The notes under the pieces are model-generated. The model saw nothing but the letters and a program-made list of their open reading frames with translations. It was not told the origin of the DNA and did not search any database. A stretch of 64,000 bases of DNA, from NCBI GenBank assembly GCA_002347025.1, contig DEAE01000012.1:10022-74021 (forward strand), in the 5' to 3' direction. Of the stretch, positions 1 to 9,752 are shown piece after piece. Source of the stretch: Acidobacteria bacterium UBA2990 (GTDB lineage: Bacteria; Acidobacteriota; Vicinamibacteria; Vicinamibacterales; UBA8438). Made by a program: the position numbers and the translations under genes. Position 1 is the stretch's first letter. Each line of letters opens with the position of its first letter.

Positions 1-1136
1 GCAAAACAGAAACAGTCGGCCTGGATGAAGGGGTCGGCCGCGTGCTGGCTGGTTCAATACTGGCTACCCGTGACGTCCCACCATTTAACCGAGCCGCAAT
101 GGATGGTTACGCTGTCATTGCAGAAAACACCTTCGGCACAAGCCGCATGGAACCACACCTACTGACTTGTGTCGAAGCTGTACACACAGGTGAAGTACCA
201 TCGAAAAAGCTCGAGCCTGGCCAGTGCACCCAAATAGCAACTGGGGCACCTATGCCAAACGGTGCCGACGCAGTAGTAATGGTCGAAGAAACCGATCGAC
301 GAAGCAACAACAAGATCGCGATCTTTGCCCCTGTCTACCCACGCCAGCACGTCGGTCGTCAGGGAGCTGATATCACGAATGGTACCCAAGTACTCCACCA
401 AGGAGACTTATTAACTCCAAGTAGGATCGGGTGTATCGCGGCACTGGGAATAGACAAGTTCGAGGTCTACACCAAACCGCGGGTTGCCATTTTATCTACC
501 GGCAATGAAATAGTTGCTCCAGGACAGCCATTAGATTTAGGTCAAATCTACGACATCAACCGCTTCACACTAGGCTCGGTCATCAAGGAACACGGCGGAA
601 TTCCTGTAGCTTGCCCCACAGTGCCAGACACTCTTGATGACTTAATTGAGACCGTTGATACATGTTTGGACAACGACATCTTAGTTTTTTCAGGCGGTAG
701 CTCTGTCGGGGAACGAGATCTCACACTCGATGTGATCAGACACAGAGGAGAAGTACTTTTCCACGGAATCGCCGTAAAACCTGGCAAGCCAACCGCATTC
801 GGTGTAATCGACGGAACCCCTGTACTCGGCATGCCCGGATACCCTACGTCCTGCCTCTCAAATGCCTATATGTTGCTAATCCCAGTTCTCCGGCAATTAG
901 CCCATCTTCCCGTGTTCCACTTTCGTTCAAAATCAGTTCCTGCTGCGGAAAGGATCGTCTCGACAACCGGGCGACATCAGTTCTATACCGTAAAGATTGT
1001 TGATGGGGAAGCTGTACCGGCCTTCAAAGCCTCCGGGGACATCACTAGCATGTCGCAGGCCGATGGCTATATCGAGATAACAGCTCAGACCGACATCGTG
1101 GAGAGGGGGGAAATCGTTCAGGTGAAGCTATTTTAG
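1..1136 (+). CDS. moeA: Molybdopterin molybdenumtransferase MoeA, 5' end cut by window edge
   Basis: The frame of ORF 42-1136 stays open upstream to nt 3 (KTETVGLDEGVGRVLAGS...). It has the PFNRAAMDGYAV motif and MoeA-like domain order. Confidence 0.85.
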   Translation, partial: KTETVGLDEGVGRVLAGSILATRDVPPFNRAAMDGYAVIAENTFGTSRMEPHLLTCVEAVHTGEVPSKKLEPGQCTQIATGAPMPNGADAVVMVEETDRRSNNKIAIFAPVYPRQHVGRQGADITNGTQVLHQGDLLTPSRIGCIAALGIDKFEVYTKPRVAILSTGNEIVAPGQPLDLGQIYDINRFTLGSVIKEHGGIPVACPTVPDTLDDLIETVDTCLDNDILVFSGGSSVGERDLTLDVIRHRGEVLFHGIAVKPGKPTAFGVIDGTPVLGMPGYPTSCLSNAYMLLIPVLRQLAHLPVFHFRSKSVPAAERIVSTTGRHQFYTVKIVDGEAVPAFKASGDITSMSQADGYIEITAQTDIVERGEIVQVKLF

Positions 1137-1597
1137 CGTTTTCCGATCTTTCGCTCGTATTCAGGCTCAAGCAGGTCGGCCGTGTGGAGTTCGAACGGAC
1201 CGGCGGTTCGTTCGTAGTCGCCGCGAAACTCGGCAAAACATCGGTAGCAAACAGTCAGATCACTCAGTCGCCTGTAAATAGCAAGATCAACCAAAGTAGC
1301 TCCGGCCAAAATACCATAAGCAACTAGATCGAGACCGAAGTAATAGAATCCGGCACTAATCAAGGCACCTAACACAACAATCGTGACCCCAACCTTGGGA
1401 TCGAAATCTTTCCGCAGGTAAAAATCTCCCCCCCGACAAACTGGACAACACTCAACCAGGCGGTCCTCGAGAACCGCATCGGAAAATTTGAGAATAAAGG
1501 ATTCGCGGCAACGGCCACATTCAATCTGAACCGGACCTGGTGAAGGTGTCACCGGTAGTGCACTCCCACACTCATGGCAACGAACCGTGACTTCCAT
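1133..1597 (-). CDS. Hypothetical zinc-ribbon membrane protein
   Basis: 154 aa ORF. Cys pairs (CHECG, CGRC, CCPVC, CYRC) flank two hydrophobic helices. It converges on moeA with a 4-nt overlap. Confidence 0.55.
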   Translation of the reverse strand: MEVTVRCHECGSALPVTPSPGPVQIECGRCRESFILKFSDAVLEDRLVECCPVCRGGDFYLRKDFDPKVGVTIVVLGALISAGFYYFGLDLVAYGILAGATLVDLAIYRRLSDLTVCYRCFAEFRGDYERTAGPFELHTADLLEPEYERKIGKR

Positions 1598-1683
1598 CTC
1601 TGACTTTTACCTCCTATATGATCCAGAATTGAGAGCAACGCACGCCAAGCTTGTTCCAACGCCCTTACCCTGATGAATACTAT

Positions 1684-2490
1684 TCATAGCGGTACTGTCG
1701 TAGCCACCAGTAGATATTTGGCAAGTACCTCACCAACAATGACCGTGAAAAAATCTACATAGAGAATCCCGGTAGCTGATTGAGTGGACTGAATCTTGGC
1801 TGTTTCCCAAGTCATATAGGCTAGAACGACCGGACCAAGCAAGCCAAATAAAACTCGCTGCCAAAAGAAAACACCATCTATTGAAAAGATGTAGCCGTTA
1901 AAGCTTCCCCCAGGTATTTCAATAACCTCAATCGCCCACCACACAGCCAGCCCTACAACCAGAATTCTTAAAGCGGTTGAACCGATATGAAACCGAACAA
2001 TAGCCTGTAATAGAGAAACGTCCATTGAAGGAAGCACCAGATACCAGTGCCCTAAAATCATCGCGGTCGACGTACCTCCAAGCAACGCAACCGAACTGAC
2101 AAAGCTAGCAATTGTGAGGGCTATTACCAGCAAGCCATCACTTGGAGCTGCGGCAACCGCCTGGCTAATGAGCGCCAAGGCACCAGAACACACGGCAAGC
2201 CAAAGCCAAAGGGGGCGCAGCCAAGCCAAAACCCGACCAATCGTCACCCAGTAGATAAGAATAGCGCCGGTCGCCACCACGAGTAACAGCAGCGCCAAAC
2301 CGTGCCGCTCAGAGCCCAACGCCACAACGTCCGGACGCATCGCCATCGCCGCGAGTAACAAAACAGCAGCAAACCCTGCATTAAATCGGAAGAATTTCAC
2401 TCCAGCAGTCTTGTCTACTAGCAACAAAGAGAAAACAATTCCAAGCCCTAGATGGGCGAGAAACAGGAACAACACAAAGGAGAGTGTCAT
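1684..2490 (-). CDS. Hypothetical polytopic inner-membrane protein
   Basis: 268 aa ORF that is almost entirely hydrophobic helices. I recognise no catalytic motif. Confidence 0.6.
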   Translation of the reverse strand: MTLSFVLFLFLAHLGLGIVFSLLLVDKTAGVKFFRFNAGFAAVLLLAAMAMRPDVVALGSERHGLALLLLVVATGAILIYWVTIGRVLAWLRPLWLWLAVCSGALALISQAVAAAPSDGLLVIALTIASFVSSVALLGGTSTAMILGHWYLVLPSMDVSLLQAIVRFHIGSTALRILVVGLAVWWAIEVIEIPGGSFNGYIFSIDGVFFWQRVLFGLLGPVVLAYMTWETAKIQSTQSATGILYVDFFTVIVGEVLAKYLLVATTVPL

Positions 2491-2725
2491 GAGATATGTC
2501 CTGGGACGGTAGCAGGCTGATTAGGTGGTAGCTACGGTCACCACCTTCCGAGTGATGATTCTTAAGAACGGTTCAAACAGCAATTTCTTCAACCTAGGAC
2601 GGACCATCATACTAAGTTCTGGTCGGATAAGCGTCGTTGCGACTCAGCGACCATGCGAGACCTGCAACAACAGTAAATTCTTATTTCTATTGAAGGCCAG
2701 AATCTCTCAACTGAACCTGGAGGAT

Positions 2726-3820
2726 TCAAACTGATATGACATTGTAGAGCGTGTCTCGTTCGACCGGTTCACGACCGGCGACCAGAATCAGCTGACTGAT
2801 ATCATCAGTCGTCAATGCCTCTGGGGTCCGTGCACCAGCCATATGGTAAATTTGCTCTTCTTGGACGGTACCATCGAGATCATCCACCCCGAACCAAAGA
2901 GCCGTCTGCGCCGTCTCGACACCAGTGGCGATCCAAAAAGCTTTAATGTGAGGCACATTGTCAAGCATAAGGCGCGCAATGGCATGGACCCTGAGTGTGT
3001 CCGCAGCAGTAGGGGCCGGTAGCTTACTCATCTTGTTGTTGTCTGGGTGAAAAGCCAGCGGAATAAATGCCTGAAATCCCCCAGTTTCATCTTGCAGTGC
3101 CCTAGCTCTGAGCATATGGTCAACCCGCTCACCAGTCGTTTCAATATGACCGTAGAGCATAGTCACATTGGACCGCATCCCCAGTCGATGAGCGATGCGA
3201 TGGATATCTAAATAGCGATCGGTACCACACTTGTCATGACAGATTTTTCGACGTACGCGCTCGGCAAACACCTCAGCCCCACCACCCGGTAACGAATCGA
3301 GCCCGGCGGCCATTAGCTCGCGCAATACCTCCTCATCCGTCCGCCCATACAAATCAGCAAAAAAAGCAATCTCGACGGCCGTAAAACACTTGAGATGTAC
3401 ATCCGGACGAATCCGCTTAAACCCACGCAGTAGATCGAGATAATAATCGAATGGAAGATCTGGATGCAGGCCGTTGACAACATGTACCTCTGTTAACGCC
3501 TGATCCTGACGAGCCCTCAATTTTTCCCAGACCTGCTCCAAACTCAAGGTATAAGCACCGTCATCACCCGGTTTAAGTCTGGCGAAGGCGCAGAAAAGGC
3601 AACTCGCCACGCAGACGTTAGTTGCCTCAATACGGATGTTGTGATTAAAAAATGTCCGGTCGGCATGTCGCTTTTCACGCTCCCGGTTTGCCAACCAGCC
3701 AACCGCTAGCAAATCACGGCACTCAAACAGCCTGACACCGTCATCGAAATTAAGCCTGATCCCAGCGACGAGTTTTTCACTGATATCGATCAACCCGCTC
3801 TGGATAAGTCGTTTCTGCAT
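2726..3820 (-). CDS. mqnE: Futalosine-pathway radical-SAM enzyme, aminofutalosine synthase MqnE-like (MqnC not excluded)
   Basis: Radical-SAM cluster motif CVASCLFCAF. Also shows VNGLHPDLP, LQDETGGFQAFIPL, NVPHIKAFW, the DDLDGTV tail and PVERDTLYNV, as in the MqnE/MqnC/CofH family. Confidence 0.7.
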   Translation of the reverse strand: MQKRLIQSGLIDISEKLVAGIRLNFDDGVRLFECRDLLAVGWLANREREKRHADRTFFNHNIRIEATNVCVASCLFCAFARLKPGDDGAYTLSLEQVWEKLRARQDQALTEVHVVNGLHPDLPFDYYLDLLRGFKRIRPDVHLKCFTAVEIAFFADLYGRTDEEVLRELMAAGLDSLPGGGAEVFAERVRRKICHDKCGTDRYLDIHRIAHRLGMRSNVTMLYGHIETTGERVDHMLRARALQDETGGFQAFIPLAFHPDNNKMSKLPAPTAADTLRVHAIARLMLDNVPHIKAFWIATGVETAQTALWFGVDDLDGTVQEEQIYHMAGARTPEALTTDDISQLILVAGREPVERDTLYNVISV

Positions 3821-3900
3821 CGTCCAACACTCTCAAGAGTTATCGTATGTCGGACAGCCCATAGCGGGCAACCGAGAGACGAGCGAGGCATTTGGGTAGA

Positions 3901-3909
3901 TGCTATAAT
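3901..3909 (+). promoter_or_regulatory. Extended -10 promoter element TGCTATAAT upstream of the riboswitch
   Basis: Perfect TATAAT at 3904-3909 preceded by TGn. It lies about 15 nt before the conserved riboswitch core. There is no good -35 element. Confidence 0.4.
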
Positions 3910-3919
3910 CTGGACTATC

Positions 3920-4120
3920 AGTAACGCTTCCCGGTGGCCAAGGGAAGTGGGTGTGAATCCCACACGGTCCCGCCACTGTAAGCGGGGAGCGGTCCGGCAT
4001 CTTGGTGATCCCTGCGATCGGCCTAGCCAATTCAAGGAAATCACCCGTCACTGTGCCTCTGGCACGGGAAGACGCGCCCGGTCCGTGTTGATCCGCAAGT
4101 CAGGAGACCTGGCCTTCGGG
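3920..4120 (+). promoter_or_regulatory. Cobalamin (B12) riboswitch
   Basis: Core sequence GGTGGCCAAGGGAAGTGGGTGTGAATCCCACACGGTCCCGCCACTGTAAGCGGGG, then CACTGTGCC...GGCACGGGAAGACGCG, then B12 box AGTCAGGAGACCTGGCC at 4098-4114. It sits directly upstream of a BtuCDF-like transporter. Confidence 0.88.
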
Positions 4121-4218
4121 TTCGTTCCTCCCGCCCATCTTGGTGGGGAGAAAAGGCGCGTGGATACGCCAAAAGGAATCGATGCCGGTCATTTCCCTTT
4201 ACAGTTCTCATTTCATCA

Positions 4219-5052
4219 GTGCCCTCCAGAGGGAGGCCCAAGCTGCTTCGCGCTAATAGGGTCTCTTACAGCTACGGGTCCCACCCAGTCTTGCAAGAGG
4301 TCGATGTTCAGATCCCAACCGGTGGACTCATCGGCATCCTCGGTCAAAATGGATCTGGCAAGACCACCCTACTCAAACTACTAGCCGGGTTACTAAAGCC
4401 CTCAGAGGGCTCAGTCACACTCGACGATATGGACTTAGCGGGATTTAACCGTCCTAAACTCGCTCGCCGTTTGGCCGTTGTTCCTCAGGAAACTGAGATT
4501 CCTTTTGACTATACCGTGCTTGAACTCGCACTCATGGGTCGCTACCCACACCTACACCCATTTGAGCTAGAAGGACCCACCGATTTCAAAATCGCACGTC
4601 AAATGCTTGCAGCCACTGGCACCGATCATCTCGAACAACGGGTCTATCGAACTCTAAGCGGCGGTGAAAAGCAGAGGGTGGTTATCGCAAGTGCCTTGAC
4701 CCAGTTTGCAGAAACTCCAACAGGCCCAAATACGGGATTGACCCAAGTGCTTCTACTCGACGAACCAACCTCATCGCTCGACCTCTGCTTCCAACTAACA
4801 ACATCAAAACTACTGACCGAACTAAACCTGTCACAAAACACAACAATAGTCCTCTGCACCCATGATCTCAATTTTGCTGCTGGACTTTGCCGAGACCTCG
4901 TGGTCCTTCGCGAAGGAGAAGTCATTGCAGCGGGACCAACAGACACCGTGCTTACCCCTGAAACCATCAGAGCCGCCTATGGCGTGATCGCCGATGTGCA
5001 TTGCCGGTCTACCAGCAGCCATCCAACCGTCGTGCCCATCTCATCCCAATGA
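4219..5052 (+). CDS. ABC transporter ATP-binding protein, BtuD/FecE-like (vitamin B12 / iron-complex import)
   Basis: Walker A GQNGSGKTT, signature LSGGEKQR, Walker B LLLDEPTS. An insert lies between signature and Walker B, as in E. coli BtuD. The start is uncertain (GTG 4219, or later after GGAGG at 4232). Confidence 0.88.
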   Translation: MPSRGRPKLLRANRVSYSYGSHPVLQEVDVQIPTGGLIGILGQNGSGKTTLLKLLAGLLKPSEGSVTLDDMDLAGFNRPKLARRLAVVPQETEIPFDYTVLELALMGRYPHLHPFELEGPTDFKIARQMLAATGTDHLEQRVYRTLSGGEKQRVVIASALTQFAETPTGPNTGLTQVLLLDEPTSSLDLCFQLTTSKLLTELNLSQNTTIVLCTHDLNFAAGLCRDLVVLREGEVIAAGPTDTVLTPETIRAAYGVIADVHCRSTSSHPTVVPISSQ

Positions 5053-6113
5053 CGCCAACGAGGATAGTGATAAATCCACCGACAGAAATAGGTGGCACGG
5101 TCCCAACAGGTGACAACCTCCATCGCCGCGGACTCCGCCTGCGGCTTATTCTCGGGGTCTTTGCAATAGCAGCCTGTGTAATAGCCCCGCTAATTGGACC
5201 CACTGCCATCAGCCTCGGGGAAGTCTTTGATCCAACCATCCCATTCGTCCAAAATGTTGATGCTCAAATCTTCTTTATTGCTCGATTACCTAGAGCCTTA
5301 GCTGGGGCGCTGGTCGGTGGTGCCCTGGCAGCCTCAGGCGTCGTTCTCCAAGCCTTATTGCGGAACCCTTTAGCCACACCATTTACATTGGGTGTGTCGG
5401 CAGGATCATCGCTCGGTGCGATGCTGGTCATTACGTTCGGTGTATCGCTCGACAACAACTCGGTCGAGGCTGTCCCAATAGCCAGCTTCGTCGGGGCACT
5501 TGCAGCACTGGCAATCGTTTACGCCCTAGCAACAATGCGACGCCAAGGTATGTCTACCCTCGTGCTACTACTTGCTGGTGTCACTCTAAATTCCTTGTTT
5601 TCAGCTGTTATTCTGTTTGTCCAGTTTTTGGCGGAACCCACCCAAGCCCTCCAGACCCTACGATGGACCATGGGTAGTCTGGACATTGGCAACTACCAGC
5701 CTCTCCTCTGGTCACTTCCTCCACTAGCCGTAGCGTTTGTCATCTTCGCGCAACTTCCACGGGCCCTCAACCTACTGACCCTGGGCGCAGAGAGCGCAGC
5801 CACACGGGGCATCAACGTACTCAATACACAACGTATGGCATTCTTGGGGGCATCACTCGCAACCGGTGCCGCTGTCTCATTAGGCGGTCCCATCGGCTTT
5901 GTCGGCATCATCATTCCGCATCTGGTAAGGCTATTAATTGGCGCTGACCACCGCCTGGTACTACCAAATTCCACTTACCTAGGTGCAGCGTTCGTCGTCA
6001 TTTGCGACGTGGGAGCACGCACACTTTTGTCTCCCATGGAATTACCAGTCGGCGTAATTACCGCGTTGTTAGGAGGGCCATTTTTTCTATGGCTACTGGT
6101 ACGGCAAAAATAG
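5049..6113 (+). CDS. FecCD-family ABC permease, BtuC-like
   Basis: Polytopic FecCD-type sequence (RLPRALAGALVGGALAASG, GPIGFVGIIIPH). ATG 5049 overlaps the ATPase stop as ATGA. Confidence 0.88.
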   Translation: MTPTRIVINPPTEIGGTVPTGDNLHRRGLRLRLILGVFAIAACVIAPLIGPTAISLGEVFDPTIPFVQNVDAQIFFIARLPRALAGALVGGALAASGVVLQALLRNPLATPFTLGVSAGSSLGAMLVITFGVSLDNNSVEAVPIASFVGALAALAIVYALATMRRQGMSTLVLLLAGVTLNSLFSAVILFVQFLAEPTQALQTLRWTMGSLDIGNYQPLLWSLPPLAVAFVIFAQLPRALNLLTLGAESAATRGINVLNTQRMAFLGASLATGAAVSLGGPIGFVGIIIPHLVRLLIGADHRLVLPNSTYLGAAFVVICDVGARTLLSPMELPVGVITALLGGPFFLWLLVRQK

Positions 6114-7027
6114 ACCACGACCTCACCTCAAACCCGATTAGGCGCTACAAGAGATCTGTCAACGCTATTATTGGTTATCTTGCTATCACCGCATGTTCAA
6201 TCAGTCTGTTACCGCTGGCGAGCCTTGCCGAACACTCTCCCCAACGCATCGTCTCTGTCGTTCCTGCACTCACTGAGGCACTGTTTGCCCTCGGCGCCAA
6301 AAATCAGATAGTCGGAGTTGGGAGTTTCGACACCGTACCAACAGACAGCGCATCTCTTCCTAGGGTAGGAGGGCTGCTCGATCCAGACTTGGAACAGATC
6401 CTCTCGCTCCAACCGGATTTGGTCGTACTCTACAGCAGTCAGTCCGACTTGATCGAACAGCTAGCACGCGCCGGGATCTCCACTTTCACTTACATACATG
6501 GCGGATTAGCCGACAGCTTATCTACCCTTCGAACCCTTGGGACCACCGTCGGAAAAGGAAACGAGGCGCAACAACTCGTCGACTCAATCACTTCAGAACT
6601 GAACAACCTGAAGGTTTTCCTGGGAGGGCGACCGAAACCCAGAGCCCTGTTAGTCTTCGGACGTGAGCCCGGATCCCTTCGCAACATCTACGCAAGTGGT
6701 GGAATGGGATTTCTCCATGACATGCTAGAGGCCGCCGGCGGCCTCAATATCCTTACCCACGTGCCTCGCGAGTCGATCCAGCTGACCTCGGAAGCCATCT
6801 TGGCCGGTGCACCTGAGGTGATAATCGAACTCACTTACGACAGCCGAGTCAATTCAGATAACCAATCGGCCCAACTCTCTGCGTGGAACCAACTTTCGGC
6901 AATACCCGCAGTCAGAAACCAACGAGTGCATCTGCTATTGGGTGCACATTTTCTACAACCTGGCCCCCGGCTAGCAGAAGCCACCACAGCAATTGCACAG
7001 GCCCTGCATCCTGACATCTGGCCCTAG
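6089..7027 (+). CDS. Periplasmic substrate-binding protein, BtuF/FhuD-like
   Basis: Signal anchor followed by RIVSVVPALTEALFALGAKNQIVGV, typical of class III binding proteins. Probable ATG 6089 overlaps the permease 3' end. Confidence 0.8.
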   Translation: MATGTAKIDHDLTSNPIRRYKRSVNAIIGYLAITACSISLLPLASLAEHSPQRIVSVVPALTEALFALGAKNQIVGVGSFDTVPTDSASLPRVGGLLDPDLEQILSLQPDLVVLYSSQSDLIEQLARAGISTFTYIHGGLADSLSTLRTLGTTVGKGNEAQQLVDSITSELNNLKVFLGGRPKPRALLVFGREPGSLRNIYASGGMGFLHDMLEAAGGLNILTHVPRESIQLTSEAILAGAPEVIIELTYDSRVNSDNQSAQLSAWNQLSAIPAVRNQRVHLLLGAHFLQPGPRLAEATTAIAQALHPDIWP

Positions 7028-7126
7028 AACCTATCTGTCGGACTCAACAGAGCAAGAGGCAGGCACATTTCACTCATCATCACCCAAGGCATCCACCAGA
7101 CAACCGACTCTCCTTAGCCCAAGATC

Positions 7127-9379
7127 ATGACCAAAACGTTGAGACTCGCTGTAATCGCTTTCAACCTCTTATCAATCGAACCGACAGCTCTAGCAGCCCA
7201 GATAACGATAGTAACCGGCACGGTCTACGATCCCAATGGTCATCCAGCTGCGGGAGTACGTATTCTTGTCTCTGATCAAGTCGCACTACGCGCCGTTGCC
7301 ATCACAGATCAGAAAGGCACCTTCCAGGTCGCTGATCTGCCCCACGGGCGATACGAACTACGGGTCGCTGCTAATGGTTTCAGCGCACTTCCTACCATTC
7401 TGGAATTTACCGGCCAAGCTGTTCAACCTATCTCATTTGTATTGGTGCCTAGTGCAGTAACTGAATCGATAGTGGTGACTGCAGCCGGGCGTCCAATACC
7501 ACGGTCTCGGGTCACCGATAGCGTTACCGTCGTGACTGCAGACGAGATCGCCACTAAACAATTTGAAACCGTTGCCGACGCCCTTCGTTTCGCCGTGCCT
7601 GGTCTTGGAATCACCACGACGGGAGGGCGCGGAGGCCTGACTTCCCTTTACACACGGGGCGGTGAATCCGACTTCACCTTAGTCCTGTTAGACGGAATCC
7701 GGGTCAATGATTTCGGGGGCGCATACGATTTCGCCCACCTGCCCATCGGTGACGTTGAGCGGATTGAGGTTGTCCGAGGCCCGCAAAGCGCCCTCTATGG
7801 ATCAGATGCAATCGGCGGTGTAGTGCAGATCATCACCAAGCGAGGTGGCCCAGCCCGAACTGCCGCAACCATCGAAGGAGGAAACTACGGCACTTCCCGA
7901 GTGTCAGTAAATTCTTCCGGCTCAGCCAAGGAACTCGATTGGGGTGTTGCCTTGGAACAACTCGACACCAACGGCCTAAATGGACATCCAACTCAATCCG
8001 GAACTATCGTTAGTAATGACAACTATCTACGGCGAAACCTTTCCCTTAACGGTCAATGGAAAGGAAACCGTGGCACAACGGTCAACTCAGTGTTCCGCTA
8101 CGGCACCAATGGGCGGGGCTTTCCAGGGCCTTGGGGCCGGGACCCCGGTGGAACCTACCCTGGCCTCGACACCATTTCTACCGCGACCAACGACAACCAG
8201 CTGATTTCGGGTGGACTGACCCAAAGACTAGGTACCCGAACTGATCAACGAGTTGATGTCAGCTACACTGGATCCAAGAGTCTATTCAAAAGTCCATACG
8301 GCGAATCAGTCTCCGACGTAAACCGCCTCACGGTCCGAACCGCTACAAACGTTACCCTGGGAAGTAACGTGGTCGCCAGTGGGGGACTCGATTTACAGCA
8401 AGAACAAGCAGGGAGTACATTCATAACTGATACGTCGTTCAGTGCCATACCCGTGGACCGACGCTTGGTCGGTGTCTTCGGGGAAATGCGCTTCGATCCC
8501 CACCCCGATGTATCCGTCACTGCTGGCCTTAGGGGTGACCATATCAAGCGAGCGCTCCTCCTAGGTGATGGCTTCGTCCGTCCACCGCTGCCGGTATCGA
8601 TCGAAACGGCGGTAAACCCGAAATTTTCGCTCGGCTGGTATCTTCGACCACCTACTGGCACATCAAACTGGACCCGGGTTCGACTGGGGGCTGGCACCGG
8701 GCTCAGGCCCCCTAGCGCTTTCGAGATTGCGTTCACGGACAACCCGGCTCTAAAGTCTGAGCGAACTCGGAGTGTCGATCTCGGAGTCGAACAAGCAATT
8801 GCCGATGGGAAAGTGCAAATAGAAGCTACCGGATTCTTCAACACTTACGATGACCTGATCGTCGCAGTCGGACAATCGTTCCAGAACGCTAGTCAGTTCA
8901 AAACAGACAACCTATCCAACTCTAGAGCCCACGGCCTTGAACTGACATTTACTGGACGGACAACCAGCGCCTTCCTAATGAGAGCCACCTATACATGGCT
9001 CCATACAAAGATCTTGGCTGTGGATACAACCACCACCGAAGCACCAGGAAGCTTTTCTGTCGGCGATGCGCTACTCCGCCGGCCCCGGCACCAGGGAGCA
9101 GTCGAATTGTCTTTCACTCAGCCACTGTTTTCCGTCTTTTCCTCTATCGGAACCCGCAGTCAGACGCTCGATGTAGATCCAACATTCGGTGCCTTCGGCG
9201 GCCTATACAACAACCCTGGCTATGCCTTGGTCAACACCGGTGCCAGTATCCACGCACACAGCAAACTCGAAATCTTGGCCCGCATCCAAAATCTCTTTAA
9301 TCGCACTTACGAAGAAGTGCTTGGATTCCCTGGCCTTGGACGAAGCCTGATTGCCGGAATCAGGGTATTGATAGACTAG
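7127..9379 (+). CDS. TonB-dependent outer-membrane receptor with N-terminal carboxypeptidase-regulatory-like domain
   Basis: Signal peptide, then a CarbopepD_reg-like fold ([16 protein letters not shown]...GRYELRV). A TonB-box-like ESIVVTA is followed by plug ([24 protein letters not shown]) and a long beta-barrel. Confidence 0.88.
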   Translation: [750 protein letters not shown]

Positions 9380-9752
9380 GGTCGCCTAAAGCGAACCCTC
9401 CAAGAACTCACGTCGGGGTCCCAGGTGCCATTTCAGAAACAAGTCATTAGTTTTAGTCCCGCATAGTCGGACACAACCCTCCTAATAGTAAGCGCTACTC
9501 CACAGGTGCCTTCGTGCGGGTCAAAAAGATGTCAGTCAGCCTGCTGGCCATGCTTGGACGAATCTGGCCCCTGCGGGGTAGAAATCCCGCGGACGCCTCA
9601 CGACAGCAGGTCTTCGTCGAATGGCCTGGCCGCATGGAAAGCCTCTTGTCTGTCTTTGCATCAATCGAACCTTCCCATTTTCCCCTCCAAGACATCAAAT
9701 CGATTGGGAGCTTGCTGTTAAACCTTGTCGGTAGCTACTCCATTGACAAAGC

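Noticed and set aside
3790-4384. ORFs 3790-4044(-), 3833-4051(-), 3947-4384(+) and 4041-4241(-) in the mqnE / ABC-transporter intergenic region
   Set aside because: They overlap the cobalamin riboswitch and its expression platform. Their peptides are Arg/Pro/Cys-rich, typical of non-coding GC-rich RNA structure.
8263-8844. 193-aa ORF antisense to the TonB-dependent receptor. Similar long antisense ORFs occur at 14273-14764, 20567-21190, 30034-30537, 34353-34826, 35701-36174, 37804-38220 and 47513-48037.
   Set aside because: Each lies entirely inside a gene with strong family motifs on the opposite strand. Each has Arg/Ser/Pro-rich, low-information translations. They are shadow ORFs expected at this GC content.
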